Part shown: in pieces, positions 12,501 through 24,470 of the stretch | How the letters are laid out: every line of letters begins with the position of its first letter | Numbering within the stretch: position 1 is the first letter of the stretch | From: Rhina ancylostomus | Lineage: Eukaryota | NCBI GenBank assembly: GCA_030265395.1 | Contig: JARFYF010000074.1 | Location: 87,385,893-87,449,892 of the forward strand | Length of the DNA stretch: 64,000 bases | Direction: 5' to 3' | The notes under the pieces: generated by a model | What the model was told of the DNA's origin: nothing | Seen by the model: the letters and a program-made list of their open reading frames with translations, nothing else | Database searches by the model: none | Program-made: the position numbers and the translations under genes

Positions 12501-13059
12501 TTAAAGAGGAAAGGGGTATAAACATAGGGACAAGGTGCAGTGTGTACGCATACTAAAACCTAATTGTCTTGGCATTGTAATATATGTAAAACCACACATT
12601 AAGATGGCAAGGTAATCGTGTGGCAGTGTTAAGAAAAACCCCCAATGCCTAAGGCACACAAAGGCATTGTCTTCATGAGCTTCTGCCATTGAAGTTAATG
12701 GAGATTCTGGAGGAAGTATGTTGCAAACCAGATTTGGGGAGGTTTAAGTGATCACGAGGGAAAGGCCAGGAGTAATGGGAAGGGCAATTGAGGTGTGAAA
12801 ATGGGAGACCATGAGTGCAGGGAGGGGATAGGGTGGGTTTTTTTCTGGAAATAATCAGGGTGTGGGAAGATTAGCTGTGGAAGTAACCTACCTGGGGGAA
12901 GATGGTCACCTCAGGTTGCCCTGCTGCAGCCAGTATGGTCATGACTGAGACTAACTCTCCAGTTAAGACCTGGTTGAGTGTGGTTTGGACCTCATATGTG
13001 TGGTAGAATTTTGTGCAAGTAACATAAAATGAGCATTTAGTACGATGACTAAAAATCAA

Positions 13060-13215
13060 AGAAAAACATTGATGCTAAAATCTGACATTAAAACAGAAAA
13101 TGTTGGAAACAATCATCATGTCAGGTAGCATCTGTGGAAAGAGAAACAGAGCTAATGCTTCAGGTCTGGGAGCCTTCATCAGAACTGGGAAAGAGAGAAA
13201 ACAAGTTAGTTTTCA
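13060..13215 (-). mobile_element. Solo Penelope-type terminus with a decayed hammerhead
   Basis: Minus strand reads cagttCTGATGAaggctcccagacctGAAGCattagctctgtttctctttccacagatgc. Confidence 0.6.
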
Positions 13216-13483
13216 GTGGCAGAGTGACTTACTGTATGTGCATGTGCCCAATGGTTTCTGTGCATATACATGTCAAGTAGGTGGGATATTTTTTAAGCTG
13301 CTCTTTAGTTCATAAGTGTGTTATATTATTTGATGGAATTTCTAGGCCAATGAATGTGCAATAAATGTTTTGGATTGTTAAGGCCATGAAACTAAGAAAG
13401 ATGGCATCACAGAAGAAACAGCTATTAACAGAAAGATTTCCAAATTCACATGAAGCAATTTATAAATTGTTTTTAAAACTTCA

Positions 13484-13898
13484 TTTACAGCGTGGTAACA
13501 GCCCTTCCAGCCCAATGAGTTGGCACCACCTATTTTAAACCCATGTTAACCTACCCGTATGTCTTTGGAATGTGGGAGGAAGCCAGANNNNNNNNNNNNN
13601 NNNNNNNNNNNNNNNNNNNNNNNNNNNNNNNNNNNNNNNNNNNNNNNNNNNNNNNNNNNNNNNNNNNNNNNNNNNNNNNNNNNNNNNTCCAGCCCAATGA
13701 GTTGGCACCACCTATTTTAAACCCATGTTAACCTACCCGTATGTCTTTGGAATGTGGGAGGAAACCCAAGCACCCAGAGGAAACCCATGCAGACACGGGG
13801 AGAACGTACAAACTCCTTACAGACAGCGACAGGAATCGAACCCCAATCGCTGGCGCTGTAATAGCATCACGCTAACCGTTACACTACTGTGCCGCCCC
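13484..13898 (-). mobile_element. Young tRNA-derived V-SINE (3' part duplicated across an N gap)
   Basis: Minus strand shows tRNA-like A/B boxes (ggggttcgattcc) and a V-domain; highly similar to 18940-19193. Confidence 0.85.
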
Positions 13899-15794
13899 GG
13901 TACATATGAAATATGTAATATTGACCGTAATATGATCTGAAAAGGGAGTTCTGGAAATAAACATGATTTTGAAATTAATATGGATCTTCACATTCTGAAG
14001 TACAGTGGCTCTTGCCAGTACTAATAAATGATGTAGTCTCTCACAGAATAGCAATGCTCCTCCACACATGCATTATACTTCAGAGAGATAGCAATCTTCT
14101 TCACATTAACTTCCCCGGTAGGTCTACTTGTCTTTGAAATTCAGTCAGCTTTAGATGCAGGTATTACCACACATTCATGTATCATAAGTATAACACTGAT
14201 AAAAGGTATGTCAGGAAAAAACATTAAGAAATAGACTTTAACCGGTGAGATGCTTTGAAAATTGTTAGCTCTCCACTTTGAATATATTATCGTATGTCAC
14301 CACTGCACCAATACCTGTCTAGAATAAGAAATGAATGCTGAATTTTTAGTAGACAATTCTACTGTATGGGTAAATTTTTAATTATATAAGCTCTTATTTC
14401 TCAATCTCAACACAAAATTGAATATCTAAAATAATATAAAAATGACTGAAGTTGAGAAGACAATTTTCAAATCAAACTTTGGTAATGGCTAATATTCCAT
14501 AGGAATTAATTGATAGTTCAATACCATAAATTCACCATATCATGTATATCATAAACATATTTGTTTCTTCTGTATTGTTTCAAAATTGTCGAATTTTTAG
14601 GGGGGCATGCTGAAAGGAAATAGGTGTGGACACATAGATCAGGGTGCATAGCTACTTGCATGCAACTACCAATGCTTGAAACAACCAGAAGTAGGCTATT
14701 TCAATTATCATATAGTTGATGCATTCAATCAACATCCACCTCTTTAGTTTTGCTGAGCACAAGTCAAATGCTCATTATCCATTAAAAGTGGGTACAAGAA
14801 AGATAATGCTGTATGCTCTCATTGCCATTTTGAAACGAGAGGCTGCAAGTAATGCAATATTCTGATCCTTTCTCTAAAAATTATAATCCAAATATAATCC
14901 AAATAGCTGGAATATTTGGGGTGTTTCGAGATGTATAACCCCCTTCAGTAGAACCTGAGTTCCTTTTAGGATAATACTGAATTTGCCTTATTTGATGAAA
15001 GATGAGGAGAATGAACAGGATATCCTGAGAAAAAAAAAGCATTTTGCTTCTTAGAGACTGCATTTATTCCACTGGAGTTTACAGAACAGTAGTGCCTATG
15101 AAGATTTCACAAGTGTGACAATATGATAGCTCTGGCATCTGCTAAACTGCATGGAAAGTTTTCACTGTCCTTATCTGGATATACATACATACAGTACATA
15201 TCTCCACCACCGAATGTTCCAAAATTTCTTTTCTAGAGAAACAGCATCACAGTTGGTTATCAGCTCTGCCTGCCGTCCATTATACAGTGCTTCCTAATCT
15301 CTGAGTAAGCACACACCATTGCAGTAATGATATTGTTGAAGCAGGCAGGCACATATTTTGTCTCATTTGGGCAAGTTCCTCTGCTATCCTCCCAATCAAA
15401 GTGTCAATACAGAACTGAGCCCTGAAAGGCTGAGATAATGGTCCCTATTGCTACCAACAACAGAGATAGAAAGAGAAATTAAGCCCAGCAAGCATATATT
15501 AGGGAACCAAGAGAAAGATTAAGAAGAAGGAACTCAAAAGTAGTAATTTCTGGAATATCATATGATAGTAAATACAGAAATGGGATAATGCAAATAAACA
15601 AAGAGGCATGGAGGGAGGGAAGGGTTTAGACAGGGCATTAGGCGTACTCTCAGAGAGATGGAACATATTGAGGTTGAATGGGTTGTTTTTCAACAGGGCT
15701 CAGAGATGGGTTCACTAATCCTGCGGTGGAGTGTTTATCCTCATCTAGTAAGGGGATGGGCACCAGCATGTAGCAAGGAGAAGGGAGAAACAAT

Positions 15795-15940
15795 AGAAAA
15801 TACCAGAAACACTCAGCAGGTCAGGTAGCATCTGTGGAAAGAGAAACTGTTCATATTTCGGGTCAACCTGAATTGTTAACACTATTTCTTTTTCCACAGA
15901 TGCCACTTGACTTGTTTAGTTCAGGTTTCCAGCATTTGCA
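15795..15940. repeat. Fold-back (inverted) pair of Penelope termini
   Basis: gcatctgtggaaagagaaactgttcatatttcgggtc | aacctgaattgttaacactatttctttttccacagatgc. Confidence 0.75.
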
Positions 15941-16049
15941 ATTAAGCAAGGTGCACAGGGGACTGAAAGGGACTAAAATGAGCAACAATGTGATCCTTTA
16001 AATGGAATTAGACTGAGAGATAACACAAGAAAGTCAAAAGAAGATAACC

Positions 16050-19000
16050 TTACAGTGAATGTAAGTTAGCAAAGAAGTGTGGTATCACAAATGCAACCAC
16101 AAAAAGCCAATAAGGATCACGATATTATGATAGAACAGAGACCTGGTTTAAAAGAGGGTAGGATTGTGCACTAAATATTCTTTGGTGCAAGATGTTCAAG
16201 AAAGATAGGGAAGATAGGAACGATTTAGCAATATTGATAAAGGAGGATATTGCATTGTTGGAAAGAGAGGATGTACTTGAGGGTCAGGGACAGAAAACAT
16301 ATGGTTAATGTTAAGAAACAATAGAGGCTCCATCACACTATGAGGAGTAATTCATGTTCTACCTCATAGTCGGAAGGATTATAGAGCAAAATATTTGCAG
16401 GGAAACGACAGAGATTTTTTTAAGAACTGTAAGCAATCTTAATGGTGGACTTCAACTATTCTAATGAAGACTGCGGTAGCAATATGACAAAGGATAAGAT
16501 TGGGTAAAATACCTGAAGGGTGATCAGAAAGTTTTCTGTAAGCAAATAAAAACCTAAGAATTACTTGGATAGTACATAGGGCCTTTCAAGTCTGCTCCAC
16601 TTTTCATGGTTGGGATGGTGCCACTATTCTACCTCATCACCATATTCCCAAATTCCCCAAAGTGTCTAAAAATTAATCTTGCATTTAAAATATCCAACTA
16701 CTAACAATCATTGCCCTCTGAAGTGAAGAATTCCAAAGATAGTGCAACAAAATTTCTCAGTCTTTAATAACTTATGTATTTTCTTGATGCTACGCTTCCT
16801 GGTTCTGGATTCTCCAGGAGGAGCAAAAAACCTCTCAACATCTGCCCTATCAATCCTCTCAGAATCTTGTATGTCTTTAAATCCCTCTCAGAATCACGTG
16901 TACTTATTTAACAGCTTATTTCTGATCCAATGTGAAAAGAGGCTTTGCTGGATGTATTTTTAAATAATGAAATGAATCAAGTGATCCAAATATCAGTGGG
17001 GAATACTTTAGGCAACAACCATCTTAGTATTGTAAGAATTAAATTCACTAAAGAGGAGCACAAGGTGCAATTTAGAGTAAAAATACTTAATTGACAAAGG
17101 GTCGATTTCAGTAGGTTGCATAATAGTTGCCATCTGGAATCAAAGATGCAGGCAAAACGGTAAATGAACAAATGGTCTTTAAAGAGATATGGTGTGTATA
17201 CTGTCTGGATATATTCCTATGACTGGCAAAGACAGAGTGACCAAAGCCAGAACCTTTAGTACAATGGGAAGATAAGGTGAAAAATAAAAATCTGGTCTTT
17301 GACAGATGTCATTTTGCTAATACTGATGAGAATCAGGCTATATTTGGAAAGATCGGAGGGGAAGTGAAAATAAAAGGAAGAGTAGGAAAAAGACAGTATA
17401 TAAATAAACACTAATTCACTTAAGGAAAAACAAAGTCTATAAGCATATAAATTGTCAACAGGTAGCAACAGCAGATATGGAACTGATCATGAACCAGAGT
17501 CTTATATCTAAACACAGAGGCTTGACGTTTGGCAAGAGGTACTAAATAAGTACCTTGTATCAGTCTTTAACAAAGATGATGCTGCTGCCAAAGACATTAT
17601 AAAGCAGAATATAGTTTAAAGAAGGGTGAAAGATGAAACACAGCGGCTATCGACTAGTTTGTTTAATTAATCTTGGGACTGGGGAGCTACTAGAATGATA
17701 TTCTGGAACTAAGTTAATAGTTACTTGGACAAGTGTAGATTAATAAAGGAAACTCAGCAATGATTGATAAAGATAAATCATGCTTAACTCATCTGAGTTT
17801 TTGAAAAGATAACAGAGAGGGTTATTTGGGGTAATGGTTGCTAAATTACCATATAATAGGCTTGCCAGCAAAATTGAAGCCCATGAAATAAAAGGGGAAG
17901 AGGCAGCATATCAATTTCATATGAATATGTGGAGGTAATAGTGGTGAATGATGGCGCTCCAAAGTGGAGGACCATATACAGTCAATTTTCTAAATAAGTA
18001 AGTACTTGTGTCTTTGGTATATAGAGCACAATTTTAAAAGTTCCACATATGGTAAACGTGAGGATAATGATAGACATTTGATGATATTTTTATATATTCG
18101 TTCACAGTATATGAATGATATTATCAAGGCCAACATTTATCACCCAATGCTGTAAGCCCCTAATTATTTAGTGACTAGCTAGCCTATTTCAGAGTCAGTC
18201 ATAATGGTGAATCTGAAGTCATCTATGGGTTAGACTATGTAAAGAGGTCAGATCACCTTCCCTGAAGGATATCAGTGAAATGGATAGGATTTTCATGGTC
18301 ACCATGAATAATATTAGCTTTTAATTCTAGATTTACCTAATCACTTTAAAGATTTGAAACCCACTGCCATGATAGAATTTATGTTCAAGCCCCTGAACTA
18401 ATTGTTTACATTTCTGAATGCTGATCCAATAGATTAATCTCTTTTCTATTGTATCCTGTCCCATATCTGTGGTAAGATGGGCAGACATGTACCAGATGCT
18501 CTAGCAATGCTGAGAAGAGCAAACTGATACATTTCCATGGGAAGGACAAAGAGAAGCAATGTAATCTAAAGGTTGGGGACAGGAACAGAAAAATTCAATG
18601 AAGGTATCAGGATAAATTAAAGGTCACTAAAATGTAGGCCTCATCCTGTCCTTTGAAAATAGACACGTGGAAAAGTAATTATATTGAAACCCTGTAAAAT
18701 TTTGGTTCAACTACAATTCTAGGCAACATTTTTCAAAGCCCAAGAGAGGTGCAGAAGGGACTGTAGTTACATTCATTAGAATACAGAAATCGGGGTTGTC
18801 CCATTTACAACAGAGAAGGCTGAGAAGCGATTTGATAGGCATGTTGACAGCCACGAAGGGTCTAAATGAACCAAATAAAGTGAAACTGTTCCCAAATGCA
18901 GCAGGTTTAGAACCAGAAACAGATCTAAGAAAATTCTTAAAATTAAAATTTAAAATTTTATTTACAGCATGGTAACAGGCCCTTCCGGCCCAACAAGTCC

Positions 19001-19440
19001 ACGCCGCCCATTTTAAACCCCAAATTAACCTACCCATACATCTCTAGAATGTGGGAGGAAACTGGAGCACCCGGAGAAAACCCATGCAGACACGGGAGAA
19101 TGTACAAACTCCTTACAGACAGTGACGGGAATCAAACCCCGATCGCTGGCGCTGTAATAGCATCGCACTAACCGCTACACTACCGTGCCACCCAAAGAAA
19201 CAAAGGTGAAATGAATTTTTTCACACAAAAAGCCATTACAATTTGGAATGCAATATCCAAAGAGATGTTTGAAGTAGATTTAATCATTGCTTTTCAAAAG
19301 AAATTAGAGAAGTACTTCAAGAGAAAATAATTGCAGGCCAAAGGAGAAAGAGCCAGAGAATGGTGTTAACTAGAATGCTGTTACAAAAAAAACAGGCATA
19401 GTCTTCATAGACTGAATGGCTCCCCTTATGTTTTTACAAT
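16050..19440 (+). mobile_element. Old, heavily decayed long CR1 ORF2 (endonuclease to 3' end) with nested insertions
   Basis: Endonuclease-region remnants at 16100-16500, RT remnants at 17700-17990 and a CR1 3' end (gactgaatggctcccctt) near 19410. Nested: antisense CR1 3' end at ~16545-16880, SINE at ~18090-18460, V-SINE at 18940-19193. Confidence 0.6.
18940..19193 (-). mobile_element. Full-length young V-SINE
   Basis: Minus strand: gggtggcacggtagtgtagcggttag (A box), ggtttgattccc (B box), V-domain, CR1-like tail gggccggaagggcctgttaccatgctgta and an AT-rich end. Confidence 0.88.
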
Positions 19441-20587
19441 ACTTTGACTCTATGGCAGCCTTGATCATGTCCAAATGATCCTGGAGCAGCTTTCTTGATT
19501 GAATGCTTCCCCTGCTTTGTTTGTCTGCAGCTCCTGAGAACTTCAACAATCTCTGATGAACAGAAAGCAGATTCATTTAAAAGCTAGGCTCTTGAGCTAG
19601 TCTTTGCAGCTGTAGATGAAGGTGATTTCACCCCTGTTGTGATGCTTTTCCCCTTTTTACAACTAGCTTAAGTATGCTCTCTGAATTACCTTGTGTACTG
19701 CCTCATTATTACCAGTCTTTGCAAATTTTTTGGAAGTTCAATTGACTGCTTTGCAATGTCAAAGTATTCACCTTGGACAGGCTGATGGAATCGAGAGTTG
19801 GAGGCTTTCGTGCAATCATTCATCATCTCCAGACTGCGCCTCTTTAGAGCAGTGGAAAAGATGAGTCCAGTCCCACATATGTGCTAGGGGCATGATAGAA
19901 AAAGTAAATTGTTCCTTTTTGTTTGGCCTAGACTGCCCTGGTAGCAGCAAAAGACATAGTGTTCTACAGTTGACACTTAAAGGTTCAAGGACCCAGAAGT
20001 TCTAGTCACAAATATTTTACTCTCAACGATCCCAAGAGAAGCCTTCTGTTATACATGTAGGTATAATAACATTAAGAAACATGTTTTTAAGAAGCTATGG
20101 ATTGACCATTTATAGGCAAGATGAATGGANNNNNNNNNNNNNNNNNNNNNNNNNNNNNNNNNNNNNNNNNNNNNNNNNNNNNNNNNNNNNNNNNNNNNNN
20201 NNNNNNNNNNNNNNNNNNNNNNNNNNNNNATGGAACATAGTTATGGTTTCTGTCATTAACTTAATCACGTTTCTGACATTTGGCACTTTAAACTGCAATA
20301 TGGTATTATTAGTTGCAAATTCTGAATCTCTACAACATGTGTTGTTAAGTTAAAGTTGTTAGAATGTTTCATTGCTAATTTTACAACATTAATGTTAACG
20401 ACTGCATTCAGGGGCACAATTGTTTACATGTTATTTTAATATATAGTAGTCTCTATATGGGAAAACTTCACAGTGTTAACAATTTGAAAAGCACTACTGA
20501 GCCTCATGATGATGTTCAGTGTCCAACATGGCAATTTTCGTGTTTCAATTGTGCTCAAAAATTAAATCATTAATGGAATATTTAATT

Positions 20588-21130
20588 GGGCGACACAATG
20601 GCGCAGCTAGTAGAGCTGCTGCCTCACAGCGCAAGAGGCCTGTATTCAGTCCTGACCATAGGTGCTGTCTGTGTGGATTCAGTACATTCTCCCTGTAATT
20701 GCATGGATTTCCTCTGGGTGCTCTGGTTTTCCCCCACATCCCAAAAGCATGCAGATTGGTAGGTTAATTGGCCACTTAACCCTCGCGGGTAGGTCAGTGG
20801 GAATTTGGTGAGGATGTGGGGAGAATAAAGGTANNNNNNNNNNNNNNNNNNNNNNNNNNNNNNNNNNNNNNNNNNNNNNNNNNNNNNNNNNNNNNNNNNN
20901 NNNNNNNNNNNNNNNNNNNNNNNNNNNNNNNNNTCCTCTTCTGATTTCTGAGGCAAGATTCCTTCCAGTTACTGCCTGTGTTTGTCCTGAGGAAGTATCC
21001 TGACTCCAGTTATGTATCAGTGCTGCATTTGGGTTCTCTGAGTTTGCTCTGGATCAACATTGTGACAGGATTAGTGTAAATGAATAGGAATGGGCTGAAG
21101 GGCCTGTTCCCATGCTGTATTCCTCTAGGA
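20588..21130 (+). mobile_element. V-SINE, second subfamily (interrupted by a gap/insert)
   Basis: gggcgacacaatggcgcagctagtagagctgctgcctcacagc head, V-domain, tail gggctgaagggcctgttcccatgctgta. Confidence 0.75.
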
Positions 21131-21519
21131 CACTGAACTATAAATAATGTTTCTGAGTAAAATGTCCTAATGTATTTCAAAACATTGAAATAATTGCTTA
21201 TACTGTTTATTATCTCTATGATGTCTTAATTTATTTGCCATTTTACTTGCAATAGCAGTAAATAAAGTATGCCAGAGGCAATTTCTGGCTGGAAAATCTG
21301 GTAGAAGCCCTAATGGTGTATCAGTCCTTTTTTGCACCTATCAAACTATACTAACAATAATCATTTGAATGAGTAAATCAGAAGCATGTATCTTTCCCAG
21401 TACATGTACCTTTCCCGCAAGATTATGTTCCAAATGTCCATTTTTGCTCATTGTTAACACTTTGAAGTTTCACCTTTCTGAGATGAATATACATTGACAT
21501 AATACCTAAACATTTATTC

Positions 21520-21865
21520 TTGGTGCTGAGTCAGTGGATTGTGGATTCAAGCTGATACTGGAGATCTAAGCACAAAACCAATGCTGGAATACCAGCACAA
21601 TATTGACAAGGGATGCCTCATTGTTGAATGTGACATCTTCGGAAGAAATATCAAACGAGGACCTATTTACCCACCAAGGTCAACGTAATGGTTCTCATTA
21701 TATTCTCTGAAAAGAGCAGGACATATCTTCTGGTGGCCTTGCTGACAATTATTCTTTAATAAACATCAATAAAGCAGAATATCTAGTCATTTATCTTTTT
21801 GCTGTTTGTAGGATTTTATATGGCAAAACCCAGTATCATCTTTCCTTACATCAAAACAGGATCTA
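21520..21865 (+). mobile_element. Degenerate Deu-domain SINE
   Basis: ctgagtcag..tggattcaagc head and catcttcggaagaaatatcaaacgagg core resemble the recalled DeuSINE consensus. Confidence 0.55.
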
Positions 21866-22949
21866 TAAATAAAACATCTGGCACATCAATGTCCTTCAGA
21901 GAAGGTATCTATCTTCCTCAGCTAATCTAGCCTATATGTGATTCATCGATTGGTCAACTATTAACTTTCTTCTGAAATAGCTTAAAAGGCCACTAAGTTA
22001 GGGCTGGACAATAAATGTTGGCAACGTTCATGTTCCACGAAAAAGAAATTTAAATGCTTTTAGAAATTTATGTTCACTTTTGCAAAAATTGCAATTTGTG
22101 TATTTGAAGGAATATTCGATATAGTTCCAACTCAAATATTGTGTTAATTATTATTCCTTTTGTGTAAAATCCATGAATCAATGGTTTCAATTTTCAGTAA
22201 AAAGCAGGTGCAAAATGTGATTCTGAACTGCCACTTAAAATCTTGTAGTCCAAAGTGAGAGAAAAGAAAGTTTAACTTATCTAGTCAGCTTGAATCACTG
22301 TTAATCATAAGCTTTTATTCAAGTGTGTATTTCATTCATTAGGTTCTTTAGGTAGTCAGCTTTGGGGATCTATGTTGGTTATTTCTTTAGTGAACTTACC
22401 AGCCATTTTGATTTTTGTATCTTGGATTGGAAGATTCCAGAATCTTTGTATATACACATTTCCATTGTCACACCTAATTTTGTTTTTTTTTAAATTTTAT
22501 TTTTATTCTCAATTCCCCAGTAGTGTCTTTAGTGCTCTACAAACTTCCTTCAGAAATAAGGAGACCAGTTGAGCTTTAGACTATTCTACAACTGATTGTG
22601 TTTATAATCTTCTGCCTGATCAGCTGATTGAAATACTTTTTTTAAGGACAAAACAACTGTGCCTGTTTTTGTCAAGTTATATGTTCAGCATTCCAATCTG
22701 GAAAGATCCTCCATCTAGTGGCTAAGATAAAAACTGATCATGATGGCATGAGTTATCAGGCCATCTTGATTGGCAAGGAACCTTAAACGTGCAACCATAA
22801 ATGCTGGGGTTATGAACTCTCAATTAAGAAAAGCTTCTTATAACGCCAACATTTTTATAAAATTGGTAGAGCTGGGTTAATTGTGAAAATGGAAATTTAA
22901 AAAAAAGATTTATAACAGGTAAGAAATGTTAAACATTAATGTGAATAGA

Positions 22950-23297
22950 TTGTGTTTTTTCTTGTAAAAATTGTGTATAATTTATGTTTAATTCATGTTT
23001 TTCTTGTGAATGCTGCTGATATAATGCTACGTGCCTGTGATGCTGCTGCAAGTAAGATTTTCATTGCACCTTTGCATACATGCACTTGTGCATATGGCAA
23101 AAAATTCAACTTTGATTTTTTTTNNNNNNNNNNNNNNNNNNNNNNNNNNNNNNNNNNNNNNNNNNNNNNNNNNNNNNNNNNNNNNNNNNNNNNNNNNNNN
23201 NNNNNNNNNNNNNNNNNNNNNNNATTGCACCTGTGCATACATGCACTTGTGCATATGGCAAAAAATTCAACTTTGATTTTTTTTTACTTTGACTTTG
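22950..23297 (+). mobile_element. 3' end of a non-LTR retroelement with a (tttgac)-type tail; partly duplicated across an N gap
   Basis: gcctgtgatgctgctgcaagtaag..ttcattgcacc..catacatgcacttgtgcatatg..., ending ctttgactttga. Family not determined. Confidence 0.5.
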
Positions 23298-23579
23298 ATT
23301 ATTCAACTAAAATGTCATTATTTTCATATTCCAAATGTAAAAGAATTCTGTACTTTCATGCCACAAACCCTGTAACTGTTTGACACCCAGCTGTGTTCCT
23401 AATTGCATGTCCACTAAGACGGCTTATTTCCATGTCCCTAACATAAGCCATGTATGTCCTGGTCTCAGATCATATGCTGTTGAAACATTTGTCAATCCCT
23501 TTGGTAGCACTAGAAGGCTATTCTAACCCATTCCTAGCCTATTCCAGCCTTCCAATCTATCATTGTAAAAGCAGAGGCC

Positions 23580-24470
23580 ATTGAAAGCGCTGTTATGTCC
23601 ATGCTCACACCAAATCCTGTTCCTCCAATATATCTATGATCCCTGACCCACAATAATTTCAGGTTAAGCAGGCCTTCATTTCAAAATGTTTACCCTTGTT
23701 TTCAAATGCACCCTTAGCTTTACTTCTCCTTAGTTCTACAATCCTCCAAGATATCCACGCTTCTCCAATTCTGGCCTCTTGTGCATTCCAAATTTANNNN
23801 NNNNNNNNNNNNNNNNNNNNNNNNNNNNNNNNNNNNNNNNNNNNNNNNNNNNNNNNNNNNNNNNNNNNNNNNNNNNNNNNNNNNNNNNNNNNNNNNNNNN
23901 NNNNNNNNNNNNNNNNNNNNNNNNNNNNNNNNNNNNNNNNNNNNNNNNNNNNNNNNNNNNNNNNNNNNNNNNNNNNNNNNNNNNNNNNNNNNNNNNNNNN
24001 NNNNNNNNNNNNNNNNNNNNNNNNNNNNNNNNNNNNNNNNNNNNNNNNNNNNNNNNNNNNNNNNNNNNNNNNNNNNNNNNNNNNNNNNNNNNNNNNNNNN
24101 NNNNNNNNNNNNNNNNNNNNNNNNNNNNNNNNNNNNNNNNNNNNNNNNNNNNNNNNNNNNATTTCACCATCGGTGACCATCCCTTAATCTGCCAAGGCCC
24201 TAATTTCTAGAATCCCTTGCTTCAAGCAGTCTCCATCTCTTCCTCTTGTTCTTCTTTCAGGTCCTTCTTAAAACCCATCTTTCAAGTAAGCTTCAACTAA
24301 CTACTTCAATGGCTCGATGCCAATGAATGCACTCCTGTGATGCTCCTTGATGGAGGATCTTTCCAGAGTGGAATGCTGAACATATAACTTCACAAAAACA
24401 GGCACAGTTGTTTTGTCCTTTAAAAAATGGAAATGATAAAGGTGTTTTATAAGTACAAGTTGTTATTTTG
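23580..24470 (+). mobile_element. L2-type LINE 3' fragment
   Basis: ctccaattctggcctcttgtgcattcc, ccttcttaaaacccatcttt and the terminal ataagtacaagttgttatt are typical of L2 3' ends. Confidence 0.55.

Noticed and set aside
13500-13770. Apparent tandem duplication of a SINE segment (also 23063-23284 and tgcaaagg at 32304/32412)
   Set aside because: Near-identical sequence on either side of ~100-N gaps is the signature of unmerged contig overlaps, not biology.
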